A stretch of DNA of 64,000 bases from Candidatus Falkowbacteria bacterium (GTDB lineage: Bacteria; Patescibacteriota; Patescibacteriia; Patescibacteriales; UBA12465). This document shows positions 18,510 to 29,412 of this stretch, piece after piece (the stretch's first letter is position 1; the number at the start of each line of letters is the position of its first letter). The notes beneath the pieces were generated by a model. It saw only the letters and a list, made by a program, of their open reading frames with translations, was not told where the DNA came from and did not search any database. Location: the NCBI GenBank assembly GCA_037132255.1, contig JBAXPN010000001.1:191395-255394 (forward strand). Reading direction: 5' to 3'. Made by a program: the position numbers and the translations under genes.

Positions 18510-19388
18510 ATGCCTCAAGGATTAGGCCGTGGACTCGGCTCTCTTATTCCAAAAAAAACAATGACTTACGGCCAGAATCCATTTAAGTCAGAGATGGCCG
18601 AAGAAGAAACGGTTGTTCTTCATGATGGGGATAGAATTTTAAAAATTAATCCCAGCCGCATTTCAATAAATCCGCAGCAACCACGTACTTTTTTTTCGGA
18701 CACCGCTCTTAATGACTTAGCTGAATCTATTAAGCAGCACGGCATTATCTCGCCGCTTATCGTTACTAAAAAAGACGATGGCTATGAACTTATTGCCGGA
18801 GAGCGCCGCTTGCGAAGCGCCAAATTAATTGGCCTTAAGGAAGTTCCAGTTATTGTCCGCGAAGAAAAAGATCAGAAAAAATTAGAAATCGCTCTAATTG
18901 AAAATTTGCAACGCGAAGACTTGAACCCGCTCGAAACAGCTCGTGCTTACCAAAGATTAATCGATGAATTTAGTATCACCCAAGAAGAAGCAGCCCGTAA
19001 GCTAGGGAAAGCGCGCTCAAGTGTTGCTAATGCTTTGCGTTTATTAGCGCTTCCACTTGAAATCCAGGAAGCCTTAGCTAGCGGAAAGATTAGCGAGGCC
19101 CATGCTAAATATTTACTTGGTCTTGAAGGAGAGGCAAAGCAAATAAACATGCTTAAAAAAATAATGCGGCAGAATTTAACAGTTGCTGAAACTGATAAAG
19201 AAATTAAGCGACTAGGCGGTACGAAGGCGGCAAAAACAAAAGATTATTTCGACCGCGCTCGCGAAGAAGAACTCGGAGAACTACTTGCGACAAAAGTAGA
19301 AATAAAGCGCCAAGGTAAGGGTGGAAAATTAGTCTTTGATTTTTACTCGGAAGAAGAATTAAATGAAATTATTAAGAAAATAAAATAA
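18510..19388 (+). CDS. parB: Chromosome partitioning protein ParB/Spo0J
   Basis: ParB box LIAGERRLRSAKLIGLKEVPVIVRE and helix-turn-helix region. Confidence 0.85.
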   Translation: MPQGLGRGLGSLIPKKTMTYGQNPFKSEMAEEETVVLHDGDRILKINPSRISINPQQPRTFFSDTALNDLAESIKQHGIISPLIVTKKDDGYELIAGERRLRSAKLIGLKEVPVIVREEKDQKKLEIALIENLQREDLNPLETARAYQRLIDEFSITQEEAARKLGKARSSVANALRLLALPLEIQEALASGKISEAHAKYLLGLEGEAKQINMLKKIMRQNLTVAETDKEIKRLGGTKAAKTKDYFDRAREEELGELLATKVEIKRQGKGGKLVFDFYSEEELNEIIKKIK

Positions 19389-19426
19389 ATTTTAGGTGAT
19401 GATTTTTTAAAAATATTAGTATAGAT

Positions 19427-19463
19427 AAAAGTGGCAATTTCTAAAAGAATGCCACTTTTTTTG
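19427..19463 (+). terminator. Rho-independent terminator
   Basis: Hairpin AAAGTGGCA...TGCCACTTT followed by T7. Confidence 0.7.
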
Positions 19464-19565
19464 TTTAAAATTATATTTGCCATCCTGAACTTCTTATACT
19501 AAAATGATAATGGCTTGATGAGTTAATAATCACCAATTTTTAAGAATAAAATAAGCACATAATTA

Positions 19566-22500
19566 ATGTCTTTTGTCCACCTCCACAATCATAGCCATTA
19601 TTCATTACTCGACGGTTTAACTAAACTGGACGAGATGATTAATTTTGCCAAGGAGCAAGGATCGCCGGCGGTCGCTTTAACTGACCACGGTTCCATGTAT
19701 GGCGCTATAGAATTCTATCAGAAGGCTAAAAAGGCCGGAATTAAGCCAATTATTGGTGTAGAGACCTATTTAGCCCATAATTCTCGTTTTGATAAAAATA
19801 CCCGAGAAGATGCACGTAGTTTCCATCTTTTATTACTGGCTAAAAACGAAATAGGTTATAAAAATCTCATAAAATTAGTTTCCCATGCTCATATGGAGGG
19901 CTTTTATTATAAGCCACGTATTGATTGGGATTTGCTAAAAGAACATAGCGAGGGGCTTATTGCCTCAACAGCTTGTTTAGCCGGGGAAATACCACGCTTA
20001 ATCATGGCCGAAAAGCTTGACGAGGCTAAAAAGAGAATCAAGGAGTATAGTGAGCTATTTGGGCCGGGGAATTTTTATCTTGAGTTAATGGATCATCCTG
20101 AAATTCCCGAGCTTGTTAAAGTTAATGCTGTTCTCATTGAGCTTTCCAAAGAGCTAAAGATCCCCGTTATTGCTACTAATGATGTCCATTATTTAAAAAA
20201 AACCGATGCTGAGGCTCAGGATATTCTTTTATGTTTGCAGAATAAGAAAAAAATAACCGATACCGATCGCATGAAAATGATTGGCACTGGAGACTACTCG
20301 ATGCGTCCAAATGCGGAGATGATAGCCGCCTTCAAGCATATTCCAGAGGCGATTGAAAATACTCTGAAAATTGCCGATATGTGCAATTTAGAAATTGAAT
20401 TAGGTAATATCCAATTACCGCATTTTGAAGTTCCTGATGGTTATGACGGTAATTCCTATTTGCGTGAATGGTCAGAGAATGGAATCTTAAAACGTTTTCC
20501 AAATGCTACAAACGAGGAGCTAGTCCCTGTTCGCGAAAGACTTGATTACGAACTCGCCGTTATTGCTAAAATGGGCTGGCCATCATACTTTTTAATTGTC
20601 GCTGATTTTATCAATTGGGCAAAGGAAAATAAAATCGTCGTTGGACCTGGTCGCGGTAGCGCAGCGGGTTCTATGGTCTGCTATTTAACTGGTATTACGA
20701 ATTTAGATCCTTTAAAGTATGATTTACTCTTTGAACGTTTCTTAAATCCAGAACGTATCTCCATGCCTGATATCGATATGGACTTTGCTGATATAAGACG
20801 CGGCGAAGTTTTAAATTATGTCGGAGAAAAATATGGGCACGATCACGTCGCTCAGATTATAACTTTTGGAACTATGGCAGCCCGGGCGGCCGTGCGAGAC
20901 GTCGGCAGAGTACTTGATGAACCTTATGAATTTTGTGATAAAATTTCGAAGAGTATTCCGATGTTCATGAAGCTCGATGAGGCAATTAAAACGGTTCCAG
21001 AGCTTAAGGACCTATATAATAACGAGCCGGCAGCCAAGCGTATTTTAGATTATGCGCGCCGTCTTGAAGGAGTTGCTCGCCACTCTTCGACTCATGCCTG
21101 TGGTGTTTTAATTACCAAGAATCCCTTAACTGAATACGTTCCGATTCAATACGCATCGTCCTCTGATCGCAGTATTATTTCACAATACTCTTTGCATCCG
21201 ATTGAAGATCTCGGTCTCTTAAAGATGGATTTTTTAGGATTAAAAAATTTAACGATTATTGAATCCGCACTTAAAATTATTAAAAATACTCGCGGTCTGG
21301 AAATAAATATTGATGAAATTCCACTTGATGACAAACAGAGCTACAAATTATTTCAGGATGGGGAAACCACTGGTGTTTTTCAATTTGAATCATCTGGCAT
21401 GAAGCGTTATTTGCGGGAATTGAAGCCAACTGTTTTTGAAGATATTATTGCCATGGTTGCCTTATATCGTCCGGGGCCAATGGAGTGGATTCCCGATTAT
21501 ATTTCCGGAAAACATAAAACAAAAAAAGTTGTTTATTTGCATGAAAAACTTGCTCCAATTTTAGAAAAAACTTATGGGGTAGCTATCTATCAGGAACAAG
21601 TTATGCAAATTGCTCGTGATTTAGCTGGCTTCACTATGGGTCAGGCTGATGTTTTGCGTAAAGCGATGGGTAAAAAAATTGCATCGCTACTCGCCGAACA
21701 AAAGGAAAAATTCATTGAAGGTTGTGTAAAAAATGGTGTTTATAAGGAATTAGGGGAAAAGGTTTTCTCATTTATCGAGCCATTCGCTGGTTATGGCTTT
21801 AATCGGTCACACGCCGCTTGCTACGCGATGATTGGCTATCAAACCGCTTATCTTAAAGCTCATTGGCCGGTCGAGTTTATGGCCGCATTACTAACCTCTG
21901 ATCAAGGCGACACCGACCGCGTGGCGATTGAAATCGAAGAATGTCGGAATATGGGCATTAAGATAATGGCGCCTGATATTAATGAATCATTTGGAACATT
22001 CACGGTTGTTACTGCCGGCACAAAAGAAAATCGAATTGTGGCAGCCAATGAAAAAGTCGATACTGTTCGCTTTGGATTAAAAGCGATTAAAAATGTTGGC
22101 GAGCATATTGTCGATACCGTAATTCAAGAAAGAAAAGAGAAAGGTCCCTTCAAAGATATCTTTGATCTACTTGAAAGAGTGACTGATCGTGATTTAAATA
22201 AAAAATCACTCGAGAGTTTAATTAAGAGCGGAGCTATGGATAGTTTCGGCGAAAGGGGTGAGCTGCTCGCAAACATGGAAAAGCTTTTGAATTATAATAA
22301 AGAATTAGCAAAAAATCGTGATAGTCGGCAGAGTAGTTTATTCGGCGATCTTCCTGAAGGGTCGGGTTTAAGTCGGACAACTCTTACGCCGGCACCGCCA
22401 GCCGAGCAAAACGAAAAGTTGATTTGGGAAAAAGCCTTATTAGGTTTATATGTTAGCGAACATCCTTATAGCGTATTTCGACCTTATTTAGTAAATTATA

Positions 22501-23153
22501 CAGTTCCGCTAGTTAAACTTAGCCACCATAAGGGAGCAGAAAGAGTTATAACGGCCGGTATTATTTCGACGGTTAAAAAAATTATCACGCGTAAGGGCGA
22601 GTCAATGCTGTTTGTTAAACTTGAAGACGCTACCAATACGGTTGAATTATTAATATTTCCTCGATTATATAAGGAGACATTGAATCTTTGGGTTGAAGGT
22701 CAGGCGATTATTCTTGATGGCAAAGTCTCGGAAAAGGATCAGGAGATAAAAGTATTAGTCAATCGCGCGACTCCGCTTGATCCTGATGCACCAACCAAAT
22801 CAATTGACGACTTTAAGCGGATTATAATGGCTGCTGGGCCACCGAAACCAAGTTACATGAATAAATATCGTAACGCTAATGCTGTAATTGCAAAAAAAGT
22901 TGAAGTTGCCGAAGAAACATCGATGCCTAAAAATCCTTTGCGCCTTATTTTTCTTAGCGACCTCGATCAACAAGATTTATTAAATTTAAAATCCGTCTTT
23001 TCTAAATATCCCGGCGAAAACGAAGTATATTTTAAAATTACCGAGAGCGGTAAGGCAAAAATTCTTAAAACTGCTTTTCGCGTTGAAAATAATGATGACT
23101 TAATAAAGAAATTAAAAGAAGATTTTAAAGATCTTATTAAGATTGCAGAATAA
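19566..23153 (+). CDS. dnaE: DNA polymerase III alpha subunit
   Basis: N-terminal PHP domain HLHNHSHYSLLDG, followed by the polymerase core, an OB domain and a C-terminal tail. Length is 1195 aa. Confidence 0.9.
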   Translation: MSFVHLHNHSHYSLLDGLTKLDEMINFAKEQGSPAVALTDHGSMYGAIEFYQKAKKAGIKPIIGVETYLAHNSRFDKNTREDARSFHLLLLAKNEIGYKNLIKLVSHAHMEGFYYKPRIDWDLLKEHSEGLIASTACLAGEIPRLIMAEKLDEAKKRIKEYSELFGPGNFYLELMDHPEIPELVKVNAVLIELSKELKIPVIATNDVHYLKKTDAEAQDILLCLQNKKKITDTDRMKMIGTGDYSMRPNAEMIAAFKHIPEAIENTLKIADMCNLEIELGNIQLPHFEVPDGYDGNSYLREWSENGILKRFPNATNEELVPVRERLDYELAVIAKMGWPSYFLIVADFINWAKENKIVVGPGRGSAAGSMVCYLTGITNLDPLKYDLLFERFLNPERISMPDIDMDFADIRRGEVLNYVGEKYGHDHVAQIITFGTMAARAAVRDVGRVLDEPYEFCDKISKSIPMFMKLDEAIKTVPELKDLYNNEPAAKRILDYARRLEGVARHSSTHACGVLITKNPLTEYVPIQYASSSDRSIISQYSLHPIEDLGLLKMDFLGLKNLTIIESALKIIKNTRGLEINIDEIPLDDKQSYKLFQDGETTGVFQFESSGMKRYLRELKPTVFEDIIAMVALYRPGPMEWIPDYISGKHKTKKVVYLHEKLAPILEKTYGVAIYQEQVMQIARDLAGFTMGQADVLRKAMGKKIASLLAEQKEKFIEGCVKNGVYKELGEKVFSFIEPFAGYGFNRSHAACYAMIGYQTAYLKAHWPVEFMAALLTSDQGDTDRVAIEIEECRNMGIKIMAPDINESFGTFTVVTAGTKENRIVAANEKVDTVRFGLKAIKNVGEHIVDTVIQERKEKGPFKDIFDLLERVTDRDLNKKSLESLIKSGAMDSFGERGELLANMEKLLNYNKELAKNRDSRQSSLFGDLPEGSGLSRTTLTPAPPAEQNEKLIWEKALLGLYVSEHPYSVFRPYLVNYTVPLVKLSHHKGAERVITAGIISTVKKIITRKGESMLFVKLEDATNTVELLIFPRLYKETLNLWVEGQAIILDGKVSEKDQEIKVLVNRATPLDPDAPTKSIDDFKRIIMAAGPPKPSYMNKYRNANAVIAKKVEVAEETSMPKNPLRLIFLSDLDQQDLLNLKSVFSKYPGENEVYFKITESGKAKILKTAFRVENNDDLIKKLKEDFKDLIKIAE

Positions 23154-23256
23154 GTTCGCCTATAAATTGCTCGGAATAAAATATTCTGTTATAATAAAGT
23201 TAAATTAATATTTAACTTTTTTTAAATTAAAATAATTTTCATTTTCTTTTTGTCAT

Positions 23257-24768
23257 ATGCCAAGAGTTAAAAAAAATACTGACTTGAGTCCAGAAAAAAA
23301 GATTGTCAAGAAAAGTAAAACCAAAATCAAAATAAAGTCACCTGAAAAGAAAGCTGCCCCGAAAAAAAAGGCTCGCCCGGTTGTTATTGATGTAATTGAA
23401 GACGATGAACCGGAAATTTCTTTTCCAGAACTAAAAAAAGAGGCGATCGGGAGCTTTGCTCCAGATGAATCAAGCGAAGAAGATGACGAAGAAGAGGCAC
23501 CAGTGGAAATCGATCAGCAAAAAAAGTTTTTTTCAGAACTCGTAACTGAGATAAAGGAAAAAAATCCTAAGACTGCTTCGATTAGGCGTACTAATGGCGA
23601 TGAAGAGCTTGAAGATGAGCCGCGCGCTCGTAAAAGTGTCAGTCTTTATCGTCGTTTAGTTTGGCGCTTCATCGCTTTTACGGTTATTTTACTATTAGTT
23701 GTTTTTTATTTTTCCTTTTCTAAGCTGACTATTTATATTTCTCCAAAAGGTGAAACCATAAATGATAATCTTTTATTAAAAGTTGGACCAGTGGAGTCAG
23801 CTGGCGAAAATTCAGAAACAGATTTTCGTGAACAGGTTGCCGGAACGGCAAAAGAAGTTAGTGTGACCGATGAAAAATCGTTTCCAGCAACAGGTGAAGA
23901 GTTTACCGGCGAAGAAATCTCGGGACAGGTCAGTATTATTAATAATTCTGCCAAAAGTCAGGCTCTCGTTGCAACAACCAGAATATTAAGTCCAGACGGT
24001 AAGCTGTTTAGAATAAAGGATGCTGTGAATGTTCCGGCTGGCGTGGAAGTTAATGTCGATATCTACGCCGAGAAGCCGAGCGAGGATTTAGCTATTGCCG
24101 CGACTACTTTCACAATTCCAGGACTTTGGCTGGGCTTGCAGGATAAAATTTATGCTAAGAGTAAGACTGATTTTGTCTTCCGTCAAAAAATTAAGAAATA
24201 CATAAAAGCTTCAGATATCGAGCAGGCAACTAAGGATATGAATGATCTATTAGTAGCAAAGGCTAAAATAAGCGTTGATTCAACGAGCACTAACGCCGAA
24301 ACTCTTTATGAAAGTTTAGATACGGCGAGTTTTGAGATTGATGCTAAGGCCGGTGAAACAAAGGATAGTTTTACAATTAAAGCTAAGGGCAGCTTAGCAA
24401 TTGTCAGTTTTTCAAAGGATGAAGCGGCGAAATTAGCGTCTGCGAAATTAGCCTTACTTGTGCCTGATGATAAAGAGCTTGTTGATTATAGTGCTGACAA
24501 TATAAGTTATACATTCGATAATTACGACACTAAAACGGGAGTTGCTTCAGTTAAGGCAAGTTTTAGCGGCACCATGGTCTTAAAGAGTGATACTCAAATC
24601 ATTGATAAGAAACAGTTAGTAAATTTAAATCGGCAGCAATTAGAAAACTACCTTAAATCTTTTCCGGAAATTAAAAATTATGAATTTAAATTTTTTCCAT
24701 CATTTATAAATCGAGCACCAAGACTACCGGAAAGAATCCAGATTGAAGTAAAAGGATTAGAGAAATAG
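23257..24768 (+). CDS. Hypothetical membrane-anchored protein with a Lys-rich N-terminal tail
   Basis: About 120 aa of basic, low-complexity sequence (KKSKTKIKIKSPEKKAAPKKK) and an acidic stretch, then one TM helix (FIAFTVILLLVVFYF) and a ~350-aa extracytoplasmic domain. Confidence 0.4.
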   Translation: MPRVKKNTDLSPEKKIVKKSKTKIKIKSPEKKAAPKKKARPVVIDVIEDDEPEISFPELKKEAIGSFAPDESSEEDDEEEAPVEIDQQKKFFSELVTEIKEKNPKTASIRRTNGDEELEDEPRARKSVSLYRRLVWRFIAFTVILLLVVFYFSFSKLTIYISPKGETINDNLLLKVGPVESAGENSETDFREQVAGTAKEVSVTDEKSFPATGEEFTGEEISGQVSIINNSAKSQALVATTRILSPDGKLFRIKDAVNVPAGVEVNVDIYAEKPSEDLAIAATTFTIPGLWLGLQDKIYAKSKTDFVFRQKIKKYIKASDIEQATKDMNDLLVAKAKISVDSTSTNAETLYESLDTASFEIDAKAGETKDSFTIKAKGSLAIVSFSKDEAAKLASAKLALLVPDDKELVDYSADNISYTFDNYDTKTGVASVKASFSGTMVLKSDTQIIDKKQLVNLNRQQLENYLKSFPEIKNYEFKFFPSFINRAPRLPERIQIEVKGLEK

Positions 24769-24784
24769 TTCTAAAACATACAAA

Positions 24785-24813
24785 AAAAGCCTCGCGCATA
24801 ACGAGGCTTTTTA
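24785..24813. terminator. Bidirectional rho-independent terminator between convergent genes
   Basis: Hairpin AAGCCTCG-CGCATAA-CGAGGCTT flanked by A and T runs. Confidence 0.8.
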
Positions 24814-24823
24814 TATAGATTTT

Positions 24824-25729
24824 CTAAAATATTCCTAAGAAATTTGAATTAGCTTTCTTCTTTGGGCTGTGAATAACCAAACTTAAATCATTAGCTAATT
24901 TAATTGCATCAGCGAGTGAGCGCTGGTGAAGATTACGTCCAATAGCTAGACCGTTTGTTCCGGCAATACTTAATTGTTCACCTGTAGTTTGAAGCATTTC
25001 TTTGTTTGTTCGTTTTTCGCCGCCGACACATATTACTTTTGTTCGACCAGCCGCTAAAATAACCTCCTTAAATTTCTCGGCAATTAACTTATTATTTTTA
25101 GCGCCGTATGGGTATTTTACTTTTACGAAATCAGCCCCAAGACAGGCGGCCATCCCTGCACCACCGGCAATTGTATGAATATCTTCCTCTTTAATATTTT
25201 TCGCTCGTGGATAAACCCAGAGTACAGCAATCAAGCCATTTTGATGTGCATCGTTAATAGCTCTAGCAACTTTTGCAAGCATTTTGGACTCAAATTTACC
25301 ACCAAGATATAAAGTATAGCCGATGCCAACGACATTCAGGCTGGACTGCTTTTTAAAATCAACAATATCTTTTACTTTCCACCAGCATTTACTTGAATCT
25401 TTCTCTTCGTTTAAACCGATGTTTGATTTACCGTTGAGTTTTACCAAATAAGAAATACGACGATAATCCATTCCATATTGTGCAATTAAACCCAAATGTG
25501 TTGCAAATAGCGCACCTTTTGTACCGGCCGCAATTTTAAATAGATGTTCTGGACTGGCATCATCTTTTGATATACCGGTGCCAAAAAAATCATCATTTAA
25601 ATGCTCAACCTTTTGATCACCGGCAATAAGTAATAATTTGCCCGTACCGGATGTAGCGAGTTCGTAATTGCGACGAAATTCACTCTTTTTAGCTGATGGA
25701 ACACTCAAGGGAAATTTGATTTCTAACAT
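24824..25729 (-). CDS. Class I fructose-bisphosphate aldolase (DhnA/FbaB, DeoC-fold) family
   Basis: TIM-barrel aldolase signature, including the ...DFVKVKYP... Schiff-base lysine region and ...LLLIAGDQKVEH... Confidence 0.65.
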   Translation of the reverse strand: MLEIKFPLSVPSAKKSEFRRNYELATSGTGKLLLIAGDQKVEHLNDDFFGTGISKDDASPEHLFKIAAGTKGALFATHLGLIAQYGMDYRRISYLVKLNGKSNIGLNEEKDSSKCWWKVKDIVDFKKQSSLNVVGIGYTLYLGGKFESKMLAKVARAINDAHQNGLIAVLWVYPRAKNIKEEDIHTIAGGAGMAACLGADFVKVKYPYGAKNNKLIAEKFKEVILAAGRTKVICVGGEKRTNKEMLQTTGEQLSIAGTNGLAIGRNLHQRSLADAIKLANDLSLVIHSPKKKANSNFLGIF

Positions 25730-25794
25730 ATAAATATTTATAAATTTATGAAAATATGCTATGCTATTTTTGTTAGAGTAATTATATCATAATT

Positions 25795-26694
25795 ATGTCA
25801 AAAGATAAAAATAATCTCGAAATTGATTTAAATAAATATAAGGATCTTGAAGGACTGAGTTTGAAAAAAATGAATTTCGGGCTTTGGTTATCCGAACATC
25901 GTGCGCAAATCGGAAAATTTTTTATAATTTTTTTAATTGCGATTTCCGCTTTTTTCTTTATTTTTACTTCCTATAATTATTTTGTTTATTTTCGCAATAG
26001 TTCTCTTAAGGCAGACGACATCGCATCAACAATTAGTAACGTTGTATCCCAGCGGAATATCGCGTCTGATATTACTTATGGCATACCGCAAATTTTTCGA
26101 AGCGGAGAAAATTATGATCTCGTTGTCTTAATAAAAAATCCAAACGATAAATTTACTGCCCATTTTCAATATTGTTTTGCCACCAGCGAAAAGAATATTA
26201 AATGTAGTAGTGGGTTTATTATGCCACTGGAAGAGAAATATATTTTTGCTTTAGGACAAAAAATTCAAACTGCTTCTCCGGTTGTTAGCTTTAAAATAAC
26301 GAGTACTTCTTGGCAGAGAATAGACACTCATCAAATTGCCGATTGGTCAAGCTATTTTAATAGCCACATTAATTTTGCTTTTGAAAATATTAACTTGGCA
26401 CTAGCTGATGAAAGTGGTCTATCTGAAAAAATCGGTTTAGACTCTCTTGAATTTACGGCTATAAATCGTTCAAATTTTGGTTATTACGAAGTACCATTTA
26501 ACATCTCTTTTTATAGCGGTTCCGAGCTCATCGGTGTAAATCGTTATATTATTAAAAACTTTTTAGCCGGCGAAAGCCGAACCGTTCGCATGAGCTGGCT
26601 TGGCGGCCTATCGAGCAATATTAGAACAGAAATTCGCCCCGAGCTTGATCTACTTGACGATAGTATTTATCTGAAGTATCAGGGCGCAAAATAA
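25795..26694 (+). CDS. Hypothetical membrane-anchored protein
   Basis: One N-terminal TM helix (FFIIFLIAISAFFFIF). No recognisable family. Confidence 0.4.
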   Translation: MSKDKNNLEIDLNKYKDLEGLSLKKMNFGLWLSEHRAQIGKFFIIFLIAISAFFFIFTSYNYFVYFRNSSLKADDIASTISNVVSQRNIASDITYGIPQIFRSGENYDLVVLIKNPNDKFTAHFQYCFATSEKNIKCSSGFIMPLEEKYIFALGQKIQTASPVVSFKITSTSWQRIDTHQIADWSSYFNSHINFAFENINLALADESGLSEKIGLDSLEFTAINRSNFGYYEVPFNISFYSGSELIGVNRYIIKNFLAGESRTVRMSWLGGLSSNIRTEIRPELDLLDDSIYLKYQGAK

Positions 26695-26724
26695 AAACCT
26701 TAAACCGATAAATGATTATAAAAT

Positions 26725-27831
26725 ATGCTTAGTCGCTTCAGGCTATATCTGAAAAATTTTGATTGGCTGATATTTTCCGCAGTAATTCTTCTTATTGCTT
26801 TTAGCTTAGTAGAAATTTATAGCGTGGCCTTAGGTCAGGAAAAATTTAGTTTGCTTAATTTTCAAAAGCAGATTTTTTTTGCCGCTTTTGGTATTATTTT
26901 GCTTTTTTTATTTGCTTTCATCGATTCTTATTTTTTAAAAAGTTTAAGCCGTTATTTCTATATATTTGGAGTTATTGTTCTTTTGGCTGTATTAATGTTT
27001 GGCTCAACGATTCGCGGCACCAAGGGCTGGTTTAATATTTTTGGCTTTGGTTTGCAACCAGTTGAGTTTATTAAAATAATCCTCATTTTATTTTTAGCCA
27101 ATTATTTCTCGGGGCTAGCCACTAAGGTTAAAACAGCGCGCCATTTTTTTGTCTCCGCCGCGAGTGCATTTTTTTTGATCTTTTTAGTCTTGATGCAGCC
27201 CGATTTTGGCTCTTCTTTAATTCTCGGTAGTATTTGGCTTATTATTATTATGGCAGCCGGATTTCCCAAAAAATATTTTATTATTATTGGCGTCGCCGTT
27301 GTGATCGTTTTTACGATTTCCTGGTTTTTCCTTTTTAAACAATACCAAAAAGAGAGAATTCAAACTTTTCTTGATCCAACGGCCAATTCTTTGGAATCGG
27401 GATACAATATCTCTCAAGCCATGATTGCTGTCGGCTCGGGCGGACTAATTGGGAAAGGCGTAGGATTCGGTTCTCAATCACAATTAAAATTCTTGCCCGA
27501 AGCACAAAATGACTTTATTTTCGCCGTTATTGCAGAGGAATTGGGTCTTTTAGGAGTACTATTGGTTCTTGGTTTCTATTCGCTCTTCTTTTTTCGCTGC
27601 TTCGCAGCCCTCAAGAAAGTCGGTAACGATTTCGGCATATATTTTATAATTGGCGCCTCAGGCTTGATTTTTATTCAAATGTTTATTAATATTGGTATGA
27701 ATCTAGGAATTATGCCTGTCGTGGGCCTACCGCTGCCTTTTGTCAGCTATGGTGGCAGTTCCTTATTATCTTTACTAATATTAGTCGGGATAATTGAAAA
27801 TATTATAATTAAATCAAAAATTAGCTATTAA
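26725..27831 (+). CDS. SEDS-family peptidoglycan polymerase (FtsW/RodA)
   Basis: About 10 TM helices; the conserved ...DFIFAVIAEELGLLG... and C-terminal ...LPFVSYGGSSLL... motifs are present. Confidence 0.8.
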   Translation: MLSRFRLYLKNFDWLIFSAVILLIAFSLVEIYSVALGQEKFSLLNFQKQIFFAAFGIILLFLFAFIDSYFLKSLSRYFYIFGVIVLLAVLMFGSTIRGTKGWFNIFGFGLQPVEFIKIILILFLANYFSGLATKVKTARHFFVSAASAFFLIFLVLMQPDFGSSLILGSIWLIIIMAAGFPKKYFIIIGVAVVIVFTISWFFLFKQYQKERIQTFLDPTANSLESGYNISQAMIAVGSGGLIGKGVGFGSQSQLKFLPEAQNDFIFAVIAEELGLLGVLLVLGFYSLFFFRCFAALKKVGNDFGIYFIIGASGLIFIQMFINIGMNLGIMPVVGLPLPFVSYGGSSLLSLLILVGIIENIIIKSKISY

Positions 27832-27835
27832 ATCT

Positions 27836-28468
27836 ATGGAATTAAAGTTAAAGGCAGAGAAGAGAACTGATAATGAAAAATTATCAGCAGAATTCATTCC
27901 GGCAGTTATTTACGGGAAGGGTGTTTCTAATCAAAATTTAAAAATTAAACGTGTCGATTTTGAAAAGGCTTTTGCCGCCGCCGGTGAATCAAATTTAATC
28001 AGTCTAGATTTCGGCGAAGGTGCAGTTAAGGTTTTAGTCAAAGAAACACAACGTGATGTTTTGAAATATACTTTTACTCATGTCGATTTTTATCAAGTCA
28101 ACATGAAGGAAAAAATTACTACTGAAATCCCATTACACTTTATCGGCGAATCAAAAGCAATTAAGGAATTAGGCGGCATGTTGATGAAAGAAATCAATGA
28201 GCTCGAAGTTGAATGTTTGCCTAGTGATTTAGTTGACCACATCGATATCGATATTTCGGTATTAGCAACTTATGATGACGTTATTAAGATTGCGGATCTA
28301 GTTTTACCTAGCGGTTTCAGACTAACTCATAACCATCCTTCTGATGTCGTCGTAGTTGTTGTTGAACCAAAGGCGATAGTGGAAGAAGTTAAGCCAGTTG
28401 AGGCTGCTCCGGTTGCTTACGCGAAAGATGCCAAGAAGGACGCAAAGAAAGAAGAAACAAAGAAATAA
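27836..28468 (+). CDS. rplY: 50S ribosomal protein L25 (Ctc-form with C-terminal extension)
   Basis: The N-terminus (RTDNEKLSAEFIPAVIYGKG) matches the L25/Ctc family. The acidic/Lys-rich C-terminal tail is typical of Ctc-type L25. Confidence 0.8.
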   Translation: MELKLKAEKRTDNEKLSAEFIPAVIYGKGVSNQNLKIKRVDFEKAFAAAGESNLISLDFGEGAVKVLVKETQRDVLKYTFTHVDFYQVNMKEKITTEIPLHFIGESKAIKELGGMLMKEINELEVECLPSDLVDHIDIDISVLATYDDVIKIADLVLPSGFRLTHNHPSDVVVVVVEPKAIVEEVKPVEAAPVAYAKDAKKDAKKEETKK

Positions 28469-28487
28469 ATCTACAATAGATCAAATA

Positions 28488-28524
28488 AAAAATATCCCTG
28501 GTATTTGCCTGGGATATTTTTTAT
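28488..28524. terminator. Bidirectional rho-independent terminator between convergent rplY and prmC
   Basis: Hairpin ATATCCC-TGGTATTTGCCT-GGGATAT flanked by A6 and T6. Confidence 0.75.
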
Positions 28525-28525
28525 T

Positions 28526-29395
28526 TTAACTTATAATTGTTTCAATTATTGCTAAACGTCGCTTGCCAGCTAAATCTTTTTTAATTTTAATGAATCCATG
28601 CGGAAAATACTTTTTTGCGAGGAGTGAAATTGATATATGCTGACTATCATCGATCTCGCACAATACACTAGCGCCAAGCTTGAGAGTTTTTAACTCATTA
28701 AATAGCTCGCGATAGCATTTTAAACCATCTCTACCGGCCACCAAGGCTTGCCCTGGCTCTTTGCTGATACTTGGTGATGACTTTATCTGTAATGGACTTA
28801 AATACGGCAAATTAGCCGCTATTAGCAATCTCTTGCTATATAATTTTGTGAAGTCACGTTTATTTACTAATGGTTCTAATAAATTTCCCAAAAGAAAATC
28901 AATTTTCTTAGCTTGTTTATTAGTTTTAGCGTTTTCTCGTGCTATTTTTAGTGCTGAACTCGAGATATCTATTGCCTTAAACTCCGTCTTATTATAAATA
29001 GCTTTATTTAATTTACTGAGTTCATGTGCTAGAGAAATAATTATAGCGCCAGAGCCGGTACCTAAATCAATTATCATGCTTGGCGTATTTTCATTAAGAG
29101 CCAAACTCAATAATTCTTCGACCATTAATTCTGTTTCCGGGCGGGGAACTAAAACATTTTTATCAACCTTAAATTCCAAGCTAAAAAATTCTTTTTTTCC
29201 AATTAATACCGCGATTGACCAATCCTCCAAACGTTTTCTTTCTAAAACTTTATATTTACTATAAATAGCTGTTTTAACATCAAGTTCAAGATGGCTGATT
29301 AAATATTCCTGACGACATTTCAATAAATAGGCCAACAATAACTGACTTTCTTTTATTGATATTTTTGAAGACTTTAGTATTTCTGAAACTTTCAT
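28526..29395 (-). CDS. prmC: Release-factor glutamine N5-methyltransferase
   Basis: SAM-binding IIDLGTGSGAI and an NLPY(L) substrate motif (a variant of NPPY). It sits next to prfA. Confidence 0.75.
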   Translation of the reverse strand: MKVSEILKSSKISIKESQLLLAYLLKCRQEYLISHLELDVKTAIYSKYKVLERKRLEDWSIAVLIGKKEFFSLEFKVDKNVLVPRPETELMVEELLSLALNENTPSMIIDLGTGSGAIIISLAHELSKLNKAIYNKTEFKAIDISSSALKIARENAKTNKQAKKIDFLLGNLLEPLVNKRDFTKLYSKRLLIAANLPYLSPLQIKSSPSISKEPGQALVAGRDGLKCYRELFNELKTLKLGASVLCEIDDSQHISISLLAKKYFPHGFIKIKKDLAGKRRLAIIETIIS

Positions 29396-29412
29396 CTTTT
29401 ATTATTTCAAAA